DNA from: Paracoccaceae bacterium
GTDB taxonomy: Bacteria > Pseudomonadota > Alphaproteobacteria > Rhodobacterales > Rhodobacteraceae
DNA length: 64,000 nt
NCBI GenBank assembly: GCA_963668325.1
Contig: OY764222.1
Span: forward strand, 1,902,782 to 1,966,781
Direction: 5' to 3'
The notes below the pieces were generated by a model. That model saw only the letters and a program-made list of their open reading frames with translations, ran no database searches and was not told the DNA's origin. A program made the position numbers and the translations under genes. Below, in pieces: positions 52,059 to 61,843 of the stretch (positions are counted from its first letter, which is position 1; every line of letters starts with the position of its first letter).

Positions 52059-52832
52059 ATGTCTATGACCAAGTTAAATAAGATTTGTTTCCTGGCCAGT
52101 TCGGCCAAGAGTGCCCAAACTTCCCTAAGTCGTTTTGAGAAAAAGTTTGGGAAATGCCCGTTGGACAAAGCGGATGTTATCGTTGCTTTGGGTGGAGATG
52201 GTTTCATGCTTCAGACTCTTCATCAAACCAGGGACATGGTTCTTCCAGTATATGGTATGAATAGGGGATCCGCCGGTTTCTTGATGAATGAATATCAAGA
52301 GGAGAATCTTACTGACCGACTATCAGCCGCGGAAGAAGAAGAAATTAACCCGTTAAGAATGAATACTCTGGATGATAGTGGAGTGCATCACATTGAACTG
52401 GCAATAAATGAGGTATCACTGTTTAGGGCAGGCCCTCAGGCTATCAAACTACAAATATTGGTTGATGATAAGGTCAGAATGGAAGAATTGGTTTGTGATG
52501 GAGCACTCTTGGCTACACCAGCAGGTTCAACAGCTTATAACTATTCTGCTCACGGACCGATCCTTCCTATTGGTTCAGATGTTCTAGCACTTACTGCTAT
52601 GGCTGCATTTCGTCCTAGAAGGTGGCGAGGAGCGTTATTACCGAGCTCAGCTCAGGTTGAATTCAATGTGTTGGAGCACAAAAAACGCCCCTGTAGAGCT
52701 GATGCTGATGGCAAAACGGCCTTCAATGTAGTTTCAGTATCCGTAGAAAGTGATCCTACGATTAAGCATAAGATTTTATTTGATCCGGGACATGGATTGC
52801 AGGAAAGAATAATTCGCGAACAATTTTATTGA
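52059..52832 (+). CDS. nadK: NAD kinase
   Basis: GGDGFML motif and ATPAGSTAYNYSAHGPI motif. Confidence 0.9.
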   Translation: MSMTKLNKICFLASSAKSAQTSLSRFEKKFGKCPLDKADVIVALGGDGFMLQTLHQTRDMVLPVYGMNRGSAGFLMNEYQEENLTDRLSAAEEEEINPLRMNTLDDSGVHHIELAINEVSLFRAGPQAIKLQILVDDKVRMEELVCDGALLATPAGSTAYNYSAHGPILPIGSDVLALTAMAAFRPRRWRGALLPSSAQVEFNVLEHKKRPCRADADGKTAFNVVSVSVESDPTIKHKILFDPGHGLQERIIREQFY

Positions 52833-52919
52833 TGGAGTCCAGAAGAAGGGTGGTTTGCTTTGAATAGTAAGGCTATAAACCTTATCTTCCTACTTCATAG
52901 GAAATAAAGAAATAACATA

Positions 52920-54011
52920 TTGAAATTTGAAATGGCGCTTTCAGCAAGAATACAAATAATCTGGTGGGGTATTACCCTAACAATCATATTTCTTATCCTC
53001 TATATCCTGGGGGATATCCTGCTACCGTTTATTGTTGGTATGGCCCTGGCGTATTTGTTAGACCCATTCGTGGATAGGTTTGAGCGGCTGGGGTTAAATC
53101 GAGCAATTTCAACAGGGATAGTTTCGGTTCTATCCTTTCTAATCTTGGGTTCAGCAGTTGTGATTTTTGTGCCTCTATTAGGAGTACAATTCAGAGAGCT
53201 TTTTGGCCTCCTTCCAGCCACCCTGGAATCACTTCTCGACATTCTCAAGGTCCTTTTTCCTGATATCATCAGTGAAGATTCACAAATTGGTATTTCTCTA
53301 AACAAATTTCTTGGGTTCTTCCAAAGCTATACCAACGAGATAGTGACCGGGATTTATGGTTCATTTAACGTAGCTTGGCAGGCAGGAACTTTTTTGATTA
53401 TTGTTCCGGTTGTTTTGATCTACACCTTGGCCGACTGGGATGTCATGGTTGCCAAGGTTGATTCTCTTTTACCTGTTGATCATAAAGATACAATTAGAGA
53501 ATTGGCCAAAGAGGTTGATTTTATCTTATCAAGTTTTATCCGTGGGCAACTGACAATTTGTCTAATCCTCGGTTTGTTTTACGGGATTTCCCTATACTTT
53601 GTGGGTTTAAAAGCAGGACTGATAATAGGATTTATCGCGGGGTTGATTTCCTTCATTCCCTTTTTGGGTTCTATCCTAGGTGGTATCCTTTCAATCGGAT
53701 TGGCCTTGTTCCAATTCTGGGATAATCCCCTGTATATTGGATTGGTAACCCTGATATTTGTATTGGGGCAAATTCTTGATGGTAATGTATTAACTCCTAG
53801 AATTGTGGGTAAATCAGTAGGGCTTCATCCGGTATGGATTCTCTTTTCGCTATCAGCCTTCGGGTTTTTGTTTGGGTTTGTTGGATTGATGGTTGCTGTA
53901 CCAATGGCAGCAATTATCGGGGTGTTTTTAAGATTTGGCATAAAGCAATATTTGGATGGGGTACTTTACCTAGGGAAAATAGGCAAACAGGGCAAGCAGA
54001 AAGGTGAATAG
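52920..54011 (+). CDS. AI-2E family (PerM/UPF0118) membrane transporter
   Basis: 8-TM type ORF with the typical C-terminal GNVLTPRIVGKSVGLHP motif. The start is uncertain (TTG 52920 or ATG 52932). Confidence 0.85.
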   Translation: MKFEMALSARIQIIWWGITLTIIFLILYILGDILLPFIVGMALAYLLDPFVDRFERLGLNRAISTGIVSVLSFLILGSAVVIFVPLLGVQFRELFGLLPATLESLLDILKVLFPDIISEDSQIGISLNKFLGFFQSYTNEIVTGIYGSFNVAWQAGTFLIIVPVVLIYTLADWDVMVAKVDSLLPVDHKDTIRELAKEVDFILSSFIRGQLTICLILGLFYGISLYFVGLKAGLIIGFIAGLISFIPFLGSILGGILSIGLALFQFWDNPLYIGLVTLIFVLGQILDGNVLTPRIVGKSVGLHPVWILFSLSAFGFLFGFVGLMVAVPMAAIIGVFLRFGIKQYLDGVLYLGKIGKQGKQKGE

Positions 54012-56901
54012 CACTCAGATTTTAAATATTGATTTTGAACCCTCTTATAGTCAGGCTGATTTTATAGTTGCTGGTTCTAATTCAAATTTATGGGAATTAT
54101 TGCAAAATACCCAGAATTGGCCTGATAATCGGTTTATTCTGGTAGGTCCCAGATCTTCGGGGAAAACCCACTTGGCCAAGGTCTGGGAATTGAACAACAA
54201 TGCGTACTATTTCGAAGCAAAGGAGTTTTCAGCTGAAGAGTACTCTAAATTTCCTTCCACCCAATCAATCATAGTAGAAAATCTTGAGCAACTATGTGGA
54301 AATAGAGAGAAGGAAGAGGACTTATACCAACTTTGTAATTCGGTCTCCAATGAATCAAGGAAGTTATTGATAACTTCTACGGTGGACCCGAAGGAACTCA
54401 GCTTTGAGATGCCTGACTTAAGGAGCAGACTATTAGGTAGCAGGGTAGGTAAAATTAATCAACCGGATGCAAAACTACTTTCAATCCTGTACAGGAAGTT
54501 ATTTTCAGATAAGCAGATTTCATTTACATCGGATTTAATTCAATATCTGGTCAAAAATAGTGAAAGATCCTTTGCCGCAGCACACCAAATGGTAGAAAAA
54601 CTTGATAAAATGTCGCTCATTAAACAAAGGCCTGTTAGCAAGAAAATGATTAGAGAGTTAATTCCCGAAGCTGTTACAAAAAAAACAACAGATAAAGGTA
54701 AAATTGTTTTGTCGAATTCAAACGAGAAGACTTCGGATTTCTTGAACGCTGAATTTCCAGAATCTGTTGAGGTTCCCAAATCGGAAATAGAGGGGCCAAA
54801 AAAGTATTTTAATAGAGAGCTATCATGGCTGAATTTCAACTGGCGCGTACTTGAGGAAGCTCAAAATCCCGCCGTTCCTCTACTGGAAAGGGTCAGATTC
54901 CTTTCGATTTCTGCGACAAATTTTGATGAGTTTTATTCGGTTAGAGTTGCCGGCTTAATGGAGTTGGCTAGTACAGGTAATTATCCACCAGGTGCCGATG
55001 GCCGCCTTCCTTCAGAACAACTTGTTGAAATCGAAAGGGATTCACGAAAGCTATTATCAGCCCAGATTGATACCTGGAATCTGATTCGGGAGGAAATGGA
55101 AGAGGTTGGTATTCTGATTCTCGAAAGAGATCAACTTACCAACGAGGACAAGAAACACCTTGATATTACATTCATTAACGAGGTTTTCCCTGTCTTAACT
55201 CCCCTGGCGATTGACCCCGCCCATCCATTCCCATTTATTCCGAATGCTGGTTTTACAATTGCGATTCGTCTGGAAAGGGCTGAGGACAAAAAACAGCTTA
55301 GTGCCTTACTCCCTATACCAGTTCAGATTAACCGTTTCGTCTCATTACCTGATGGTAAAAAGAGCGAAAAGAGATTTATTCCCTTGGAAGAGTTACTACT
55401 GGAAAAGGTTCACTTTATTTTTCCAGGCTATCAGGTAGTGGAAAATTGCATATTCAGGGTATTGAGGGATAGTGACCTTGAGATTGAGGAGGAAGCCGAG
55501 GATTTGGTCCGCGAGTTTGAGACAGCTTTGAAAAGAAGGAGGAGAGGCGAAGTAATTCAAGTATCCATTACCCAAGGCTCATATGGTGAGTTGAGGAAAA
55601 AAGTCCTGGCAGAGCTACGGTTTTCGGAAGAAAAAATTACCGAAGTTCCCGGGATGATTGGTATGGCTGACCTTAGTGAACTGGTTTTGGATGATCGTCA
55701 AGATTTATTGTGGCCGAAATTCACGCCAAGAGTTCCAGAAAGGGTTCAAGAGCATAACGATGACATATTTTTTGCTGTCAAAAGAAAGGATATGTTATTA
55801 CACCACCCCTACGAAACCTTCGATATGGTTATTCGGTTTATCAGGCAGGCCGCGAATGACCCCAATGTGGTTGCAATAAAACAGACCCTGTACCGCACCT
55901 CCTATGAAAGCCCGATAGTGGCCGCATTATGTGAGGCAGCAGAGAATGGTAAATCGGTTACTGCCCTGGTTGAACTTAAAGCCAGATTTGATGAGGCAGC
56001 AAACATCAGACAGTCGAGAGCGCTTGAAAGGGCAGGTGCACATGTTGTTTATGGCTTTATCAATCTTAAAACGCATGCCAAAGTATCTTCGGTAATCCGT
56101 CGGGAAGGCAATCAATTGGTAACCTATACACATTTTGGAACTGGCAATTATCACCCGATTACGGCAAGGGTCTATACCGATGTAAGTTTGTTTACTTGTG
56201 ACCAGGCATTGGGGAGAGATGGTACAAAACTGTTTAACTACGTATCTGGTTATGCAGTCCCTGATACCCTGGAGAGTTTGTCAATTTCGCCCTTTAATTT
56301 GCGGGAAACCTTACAATCATTGATCACAACTGAAACCAATAATGCCCGAAAGGGCAAACCGGCACAGATATGGGCCAAGATGAATGCCCTGATTGATCCC
56401 CTGGTTATCGATTCTCTTTATGAAGCTAGCCAAGCGGGTGTAAAAATTAGTTTGATCGTACGAGGTATTTGCGGCTTAAGACCAGGTATCAAAGGATTAT
56501 CCGAAAATATTCGTGTAAAATCAATTGTTGGAAGATTTCTTGAACATTCTCGCCTCTTTTGTTTTTCTAATGGCCACCATCTTCCTTCCAACAAGGCACG
56601 TATATTTATTTCATCTGCTGATTGGATGGAACGCAACCTTGACCGAAGAGTCGAAACCCTGGTTGAAATCAAGAATGACACAGTAAGAGACCAGATAATG
56701 AGCCAAATTATTGCTGCTAACCTTTCTGATCAGGAGCAAAGTTGGGTTTTGCAACCTTACGGCAACTATATCCGCTCAGAAGATAACGGAAAAGACAATC
56801 AATTTAATTGCCACTTCTTTTTCATGGAAAACCCATCCCTTTCTGGCCGAGGTTCGGCTGGGGCAAAAAAGGAAATCAGGTTGGTAGGGTCCAAGGATTA
56901 A
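54004..56901 (+). CDS. ppk: Single open frame encoding an Hda/HdaA-like DnaA-regulatory AAA+ module (about aa 1-222) followed by full-length polyphosphate kinase 1
   Basis: The N-terminus has FILVGPRSSGKTHLAKVW and an Hda-like length. From about nt 54798 the frame reads KKYFNRELSWLNFNWRVLEEA...RFLSISATNFDEFYSVRV, NLKTHAKVS and GTGNYHP (PPK1). There is no in-frame stop between the modules. An A8 run in the linker (54678-54685) makes the fusion sensitive to a 1-nt length error. Confidence 0.8.
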   Translation: MNSTQILNIDFEPSYSQADFIVAGSNSNLWELLQNTQNWPDNRFILVGPRSSGKTHLAKVWELNNNAYYFEAKEFSAEEYSKFPSTQSIIVENLEQLCGNREKEEDLYQLCNSVSNESRKLLITSTVDPKELSFEMPDLRSRLLGSRVGKINQPDAKLLSILYRKLFSDKQISFTSDLIQYLVKNSERSFAAAHQMVEKLDKMSLIKQRPVSKKMIRELIPEAVTKKTTDKGKIVLSNSNEKTSDFLNAEFPESVEVPKSEIEGPKKYFNRELSWLNFNWRVLEEAQNPAVPLLERVRFLSISATNFDEFYSVRVAGLMELASTGNYPPGADGRLPSEQLVEIERDSRKLLSAQIDTWNLIREEMEEVGILILERDQLTNEDKKHLDITFINEVFPVLTPLAIDPAHPFPFIPNAGFTIAIRLERAEDKKQLSALLPIPVQINRFVSLPDGKKSEKRFIPLEELLLEKVHFIFPGYQVVENCIFRVLRDSDLEIEEEAEDLVREFETALKRRRRGEVIQVSITQGSYGELRKKVLAELRFSEEKITEVPGMIGMADLSELVLDDRQDLLWPKFTPRVPERVQEHNDDIFFAVKRKDMLLHHPYETFDMVIRFIRQAANDPNVVAIKQTLYRTSYESPIVAALCEAAENGKSVTALVELKARFDEAANIRQSRALERAGAHVVYGFINLKTHAKVSSVIRREGNQLVTYTHFGTGNYHPITARVYTDVSLFTCDQALGRDGTKLFNYVSGYAVPDTLESLSISPFNLRETLQSLITTETNNARKGKPAQIWAKMNALIDPLVIDSLYEASQAGVKISLIVRGICGLRPGIKGLSENIRVKSIVGRFLEHSRLFCFSNGHHLPSNKARIFISSADWMERNLDRRVETLVEIKNDTVRDQIMSQIIAANLSDQEQSWVLQPYGNYIRSEDNGKDNQFNCHFFFMENPSLSGRGSAGAKKEIRLVGSKD

Positions 56902-56941
56902 TGGATTATATCAACACAAAGAGACTTAATGAGTCTTAGTT

Positions 56942-58477
56942 TTGTATTCATCAGTAATTTCAGATACCGGTAGGCCAATTTTTCAGGACCCTGTTGTTGA
57001 GCGGGTCAGGCGAGTGGCTGTGATTGATGTGGGCTCTAATTCGGTCAGAATGGTCGTTTTCGATGGTGCAGCCCGATCACCAGCCTATTTTTATAATGAA
57101 AAGGTGTTATGTGGATTGGGCGCTTCCCTAGCAAAAACAGGCAAACTGGACCCAAAGGGTAAAAAAAGAGCTCTATCGGCCATAGGCAGGTTTGTAACCA
57201 TTGCTGAAATGATGAACGTTTCTGACCTTGTTGGGGTTGCAACAGCTGCCCTTAGAGATGCTAGTGATGGCCAAGAATTTGCTTCCATAATACTAGAGGA
57301 AACTGGATTGGAATTACCCATAGCAAGTGGTGCTCATGAAGCAAATCTAGCTGCAAATGGAGTCATTTTAGGCTGGCCCGAAGCCAATGGTCTGGTTTCA
57401 GATATCGGAGGGGTTTCGATGGAACTTGCCGATGTTAACAATGGAAAAGTGGGACTTTGTGAAACCTCTTCCTTGGGCCCCCTGGTACTTGAAAGATTGG
57501 ATTTGAACCAAGAATCACTTGAAGATCGTGTCTGGAATGAAATTTCCGGTTTACGTTCACGGTTTGCAAGAAACTATAATACAATTTACCTTGTTGGTGG
57601 ATCCTGGCGAGCAATAGCCAAGTTGGATATGTTTAGAAGAAATTATCCCCTGAAGGTCCTGAATGAATACAAATCAACCCCGAAAGAATATCTTAAAACT
57701 CTTGAATGGGCAGGAAGCCAAAGTGCAGAACACCTCCAAGATAAAACGAAAATATCCTTTGAGCGGTTAAAACATATTCCTAAGGCAGGGCTTGTTCTAA
57801 AATTACTGATAAATGGTTTCCAGCCAAAAGAAATCGCAATTTCATCCAATGGAATTAGGGAGGGATTGCTTTATTTGAGAATGCCAAAGAAACTTCAGGA
57901 TTCTGATCCGCTGTTGGAAGCCTGCTCATTTTCGGAATATAGTTCGGCAAGATTACCAGGTTATGGGAACTATCTGTATGAATTTATCCTTCCCTTGTTC
58001 AAGAAATATACAAGTGACAAGAAGAGGCTTATTCGGGCAGCCTGCTTATTACATGATGTGAGTTGGAGAGCTCATCCGGATTACCGGGCAATCATTTGTT
58101 TTGAAAATGCCACGAGAGCCAATTTGGGAGGGTTGGATCACCCGGGAAGGGTATTCATGGCACTCTCATTATTTCACAGGTACAAAAATCAAAATGAATA
58201 TGGCGAATTCCAAAATCTTCTTTCCCTACTAGAACCAGAAGAAATTCGACTTGCCGAGATTGTTGGCAAAGCCATGAGATTGGGAGCAATGCTGTTGGTT
58301 GTTTCGCCTGAAGGATTGACAAAACTAAAGTTCAAACCCAAAAAAAACAATCTTGTCCTTTTTTTACCAGAGAGATTGAGAAGTATAACTGGTGAAGTAG
58401 TGAATACACGATTTAAAGCCTTGGCCACTGCAATGGATTGTGAGGCAGAATACCAGATAGAAGAAACAACAGCTTAG
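56942..58477 (+). CDS. ppx: Exopolyphosphatase (Ppx/GppA family)
   Basis: VAVIDVGSNSVRMVVF, DIGGVSMEL and a C-terminal HD-like domain (LLHDVSW). TTG start. Confidence 0.9.
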   Translation: MYSSVISDTGRPIFQDPVVERVRRVAVIDVGSNSVRMVVFDGAARSPAYFYNEKVLCGLGASLAKTGKLDPKGKKRALSAIGRFVTIAEMMNVSDLVGVATAALRDASDGQEFASIILEETGLELPIASGAHEANLAANGVILGWPEANGLVSDIGGVSMELADVNNGKVGLCETSSLGPLVLERLDLNQESLEDRVWNEISGLRSRFARNYNTIYLVGGSWRAIAKLDMFRRNYPLKVLNEYKSTPKEYLKTLEWAGSQSAEHLQDKTKISFERLKHIPKAGLVLKLLINGFQPKEIAISSNGIREGLLYLRMPKKLQDSDPLLEACSFSEYSSARLPGYGNYLYEFILPLFKKYTSDKKRLIRAACLLHDVSWRAHPDYRAIICFENATRANLGGLDHPGRVFMALSLFHRYKNQNEYGEFQNLLSLLEPEEIRLAEIVGKAMRLGAMLLVVSPEGLTKLKFKPKKNNLVLFLPERLRSITGEVVNTRFKALATAMDCEAEYQIEETTA

Positions 58478-58501
58478 CTGTAAAATACCCGAGGATAAAT
58501 T

Positions 58502-59833
58502 ATGCGAATGACAAGATATTTTTTGCCTGTTCTGAGGGAAGTACCTTCTGAAGCGCAAATCACCAGCCACAAATTGATGCTTAGAGCTGGCATGATCAAA
58601 CAGGCGGTATCAGGAATTTACTCATGGATGCCCCTTGGCCTGAAGGTTCTTCAAAAGATTGAAAGAATTGTAATTGAAGAGCAGGAAAGGGCAGGACATT
58701 TACCCCTTTTAATGCCGACCATACAGCCCGCTTCCTTGTGGAAAAAGTCAGGGAGATATGATGATTATGGTGAGGAAATGCTTAGGATTAGGGATAGGCA
58801 TAATCGGGATTTACTCTATGGTCCTACCAATGAGGAGCTTATCACCGAAATTTTTTCCAGCCATGTCAAATCATACCGTGATCTTCCCTTGACTCTTTTT
58901 CATATCCAGTGGAAATTCAGGGATGAAATGCGTCCGAGATTTGGTGTCATGCGAGGCCGGGAATTTCTGATGAAGGATGGTTACAATTTTGACATTGATA
59001 TGAAGGCTGCTATCCACTCCTATAACCGCCATATGGTAAGTTACCTGAAAACCTATGAAAGGTTGGGGCTGAAGGCTATACCGATGCGGGCCGATACCGG
59101 ACCCATTGGGGGAAAATACAGCCATGAGTTTCTAGTTTTGGCTGATACCGGCGAATCTGAAGTTTTTTTCGATAAAAGAATACTGGATTTCAATTTTGGT
59201 ATTTCAAAAGTCAATTTTGAAGATATTGACGAATGTCAGAAAATTGTCGATAAATGGACTACTCCCTATGCGAGGACCGACGAAACCCATAATCCCGAAA
59301 CCTTTGAACGTGAAGTCCCCAAAGAATTTCAAGGAGTATCAAAGGCCATTGAAGTAGGTCAGATATTCTACTTTGGAACCAAGTATTCTGATCCAATGGG
59401 AGCTCTGGTAACCAATTCAGAGGGGAAACAGGTTCCCGTTCATATGGGATCTCATGGTATTGGCGTATCCAGGTTGGCTGGGGCGATTATTGAGGCATTC
59501 CATGATGAGAAAGGAATAAAATGGCCGGTTTCTGTAGCTCCCTACAAGGTGGGAATAGTCAACACTGTTATGGGAGACCAAGTATCTTGTGAAGTATCTG
59601 AAAAGATTTATTCAGAATTATCCAATGTAGGCCTGGAAACAATCTATGATGACAGGGATGAGCGAGCTGGGTCTAAATTTACAACCATGGAACTTATTGG
59701 GATACCATGGCGAATAACCGTTGGTCCAAGAGGTTTGAAAAAAGGCATGGTTGAATTAACCAACAGGCACACAAGTAAAAGTGAAGAGGTCCCAACAGAC
59801 AACATTGTTTCCGTTCTATTGGAAACAGTTTAA
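58502..59833 (+). CDS. proS: Proline--tRNA ligase (short form lacking the large editing insertion)
   Basis: [13 protein letters not shown] start and class II motifs ([26 protein letters not shown]). 443 aa. Confidence 0.95.
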   Translation: MRMTRYFLPVLREVPSEAQITSHKLMLRAGMIKQAVSGIYSWMPLGLKVLQKIERIVIEEQERAGHLPLLMPTIQPASLWKKSGRYDDYGEEMLRIRDRHNRDLLYGPTNEELITEIFSSHVKSYRDLPLTLFHIQWKFRDEMRPRFGVMRGREFLMKDGYNFDIDMKAAIHSYNRHMVSYLKTYERLGLKAIPMRADTGPIGGKYSHEFLVLADTGESEVFFDKRILDFNFGISKVNFEDIDECQKIVDKWTTPYARTDETHNPETFEREVPKEFQGVSKAIEVGQIFYFGTKYSDPMGALVTNSEGKQVPVHMGSHGIGVSRLAGAIIEAFHDEKGIKWPVSVAPYKVGIVNTVMGDQVSCEVSEKIYSELSNVGLETIYDDRDERAGSKFTTMELIGIPWRITVGPRGLKKGMVELTNRHTSKSEEVPTDNIVSVLLETV

Positions 59834-59881
59834 CCTTCGCCACTTAAATTTGGTCGCCCCTGGCTAGTAAGGAAATGAAAA

Positions 59882-61168
59882 TTGCTTGAAAGAACCAAAC
59901 CGTTTGCCCCTTTCGAGTGGATGATAGCCTTACGATATCTTAAATCAAAAAGGAGTCAGGGTGGGGTAAGTGGCATGACCTTGATTTCTTTTCTAAGCAT
60001 CACTATCGCAGTTTTTGCCTTGGTTGCTACCTTTGCTGTCAGAACTGGGTTTCGGGTTGAATTTGTCCAAACGGTTCTCGGTGCTAATCCACATACGACT
60101 ATATACTCTAGCCAATATATTGATGAACAAGGGGAGAGGTCGGCATTAATCGCTGATTTTGAAGAAATTGGGCAACGAGTAGTATCGATAGAAGGTGTTG
60201 AAAATGTTGTCCCTCTAATTAGCTCTCGATTGCTTATTAGCTCCGGTCCAAATAACACCGGGGTTGAACTTTTGGGGTTATCCATTGAGGATATTCGGAA
60301 AGTTCCCTTGGTAAATAACCCTGTCAATCATTTTGGTGATTTGGATGATTTAAACTTTGGAATCGCCATTGCATCAGGAGTTGCTCGAAATCTTGGAGTT
60401 CGGGTTGGAGATTCCGTAAGACTTATTTCACCAGATGGAGTTAAAACTGCCTTTGGAGTTTCACCCCGAATTAACAGTTATCAAATTGTTTATATTTTTG
60501 AGGTAGGGAGGTACGATATTGATAATACCAGGGTTTACCTGTCATTTGTCGAGGCTCAAAAATTTTTAAACAGAGAGGGGTTTGCGGATGAATTGGCGGT
60601 ATTTGTAAAGGATCCTGAAAGTGTTGAAGCCTTGGAACCTAAGATCATTGAAATGGCCGGAGATGGTTTTTTTACCTGGTCATGGAAGGATTCATCCAGA
60701 TCAATCCTGAGAGCCCTTCGGATGGAAGACAATCTGATGTTTATAGTTATGTCAATTTTGGTCCTTGTAGCCTCATTTAACATCGTATCTGGACTAATCA
60801 TGCTGGTAAAAAACAAGTCCAGCAGTATAGGAATATTAAGGTCTGTAGGTTTGACCCAAGGTTCAATCATGCGGATTTTCTTTCTTTTTGGGGCTGTGAT
60901 TGGAACAGCTGGTACAATAGTCGGTGTCATCCTTGGTTGTCTGTTTGCCATTTACATAGATCCAATTTTTGAGGCTGTAAATTACCTAGTCGGTGGCGAT
61001 GTCTGGGACCCATCCGTTAGATTCCTTTCCTCGGTACCAGCCAAAATAGAATTTGTGGATGTTTTATCTGCGGTAATCCTCTCCTTGGTCCTAACCTATG
61101 GAGTAACTTTTTTTCCAGCACGTAGAGCGGCCAAAATGTATCCGGGTGAAGCAATTAGGTATGAGTAG
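59882..61168 (+). CDS. lolE: Lipoprotein-releasing system permease (LolC/LolE family)
   Basis: FEWMIALRYLKSKR start, MacB-like periplasmic domain, FtsX-type C-terminal 3 TM, and ending PARRAAKMYPGEAIRYE. Confidence 0.88.
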   Translation: MLERTKPFAPFEWMIALRYLKSKRSQGGVSGMTLISFLSITIAVFALVATFAVRTGFRVEFVQTVLGANPHTTIYSSQYIDEQGERSALIADFEEIGQRVVSIEGVENVVPLISSRLLISSGPNNTGVELLGLSIEDIRKVPLVNNPVNHFGDLDDLNFGIAIASGVARNLGVRVGDSVRLISPDGVKTAFGVSPRINSYQIVYIFEVGRYDIDNTRVYLSFVEAQKFLNREGFADELAVFVKDPESVEALEPKIIEMAGDGFFTWSWKDSSRSILRALRMEDNLMFIVMSILVLVASFNIVSGLIMLVKNKSSSIGILRSVGLTQGSIMRIFFLFGAVIGTAGTIVGVILGCLFAIYIDPIFEAVNYLVGGDVWDPSVRFLSSVPAKIEFVDVLSAVILSLVLTYGVTFFPARRAAKMYPGEAIRYE

Positions 61169-61841
61169 TTTGGTGCTTTCTGCGAAAGGGATAAAAAAGA
61201 CCTATAATTTGGGGAAACCTAATGAGGTGCTGGTACTCAATGAGTTGGACCTAGCCATGAATAAAGGGGAAATAGTTGGTTTGCTTGCCCCCTCCGGTGC
61301 TGGCAAATCCACTCTGCTCTTTATTCTGGGTTTATTGGAATCATTTGAAAAGGGAACACTGGAAATATGTGGAATTAATGTAACCAAGGCTTCAGACCCC
61401 GTCAGAACCCAGGTCAGAAGAAAGGAAGTTGGGATTGTATACCAATTCCATCATCTGTTACCTGAATTCAATTCAATTGAAAATGTAATGATTCCGCAGT
61501 TTGCAAATGGCATATCAAAAACGCAAGCCTACCGCCGGGCCAGTCAATTACTGGAAAGTGTTGGGTTGGGAGAGAGAATTAACCATCGACCTTCGGAATT
61601 GTCTGGGGGAGAACAGCAAAGGGTTTCCATATGTCGTTCTCTGGTTAATTCTCCCAATGTTTTGCTGGCTGATGAACCAACAGGAAACCTGGATACCGAT
61701 AACTCACAACAGGTTTTTGACTTAATTAAGGATCTGGTAAATCGTACCGGTGTGGCCGCATTGGTTGCCACCCATAACCTGAACCTTGCCAAGCAAATGG
61801 ATCGGGTTGTTCGTTTGGAAAATGGGGCGCTGGTCGACTAA
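61161..61841 (+). CDS. lolD: Lipoprotein-releasing system ATP-binding protein
   Basis: Walker A APSGAGKSTLL, signature LSGGEQQRVSI, Walker B LLADEPTGNLD. The ATG at 61161 overlaps the lolE stop by 8 nt. The track start is the GTG at 61146. Confidence 0.92.
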   Translation: MSSLVLSAKGIKKTYNLGKPNEVLVLNELDLAMNKGEIVGLLAPSGAGKSTLLFILGLLESFEKGTLEICGINVTKASDPVRTQVRRKEVGIVYQFHHLLPEFNSIENVMIPQFANGISKTQAYRRASQLLESVGLGERINHRPSELSGGEQQRVSICRSLVNSPNVLLADEPTGNLDTDNSQQVFDLIKDLVNRTGVAALVATHNLNLAKQMDRVVRLENGALVD

Positions 61842-61843
61842 GT

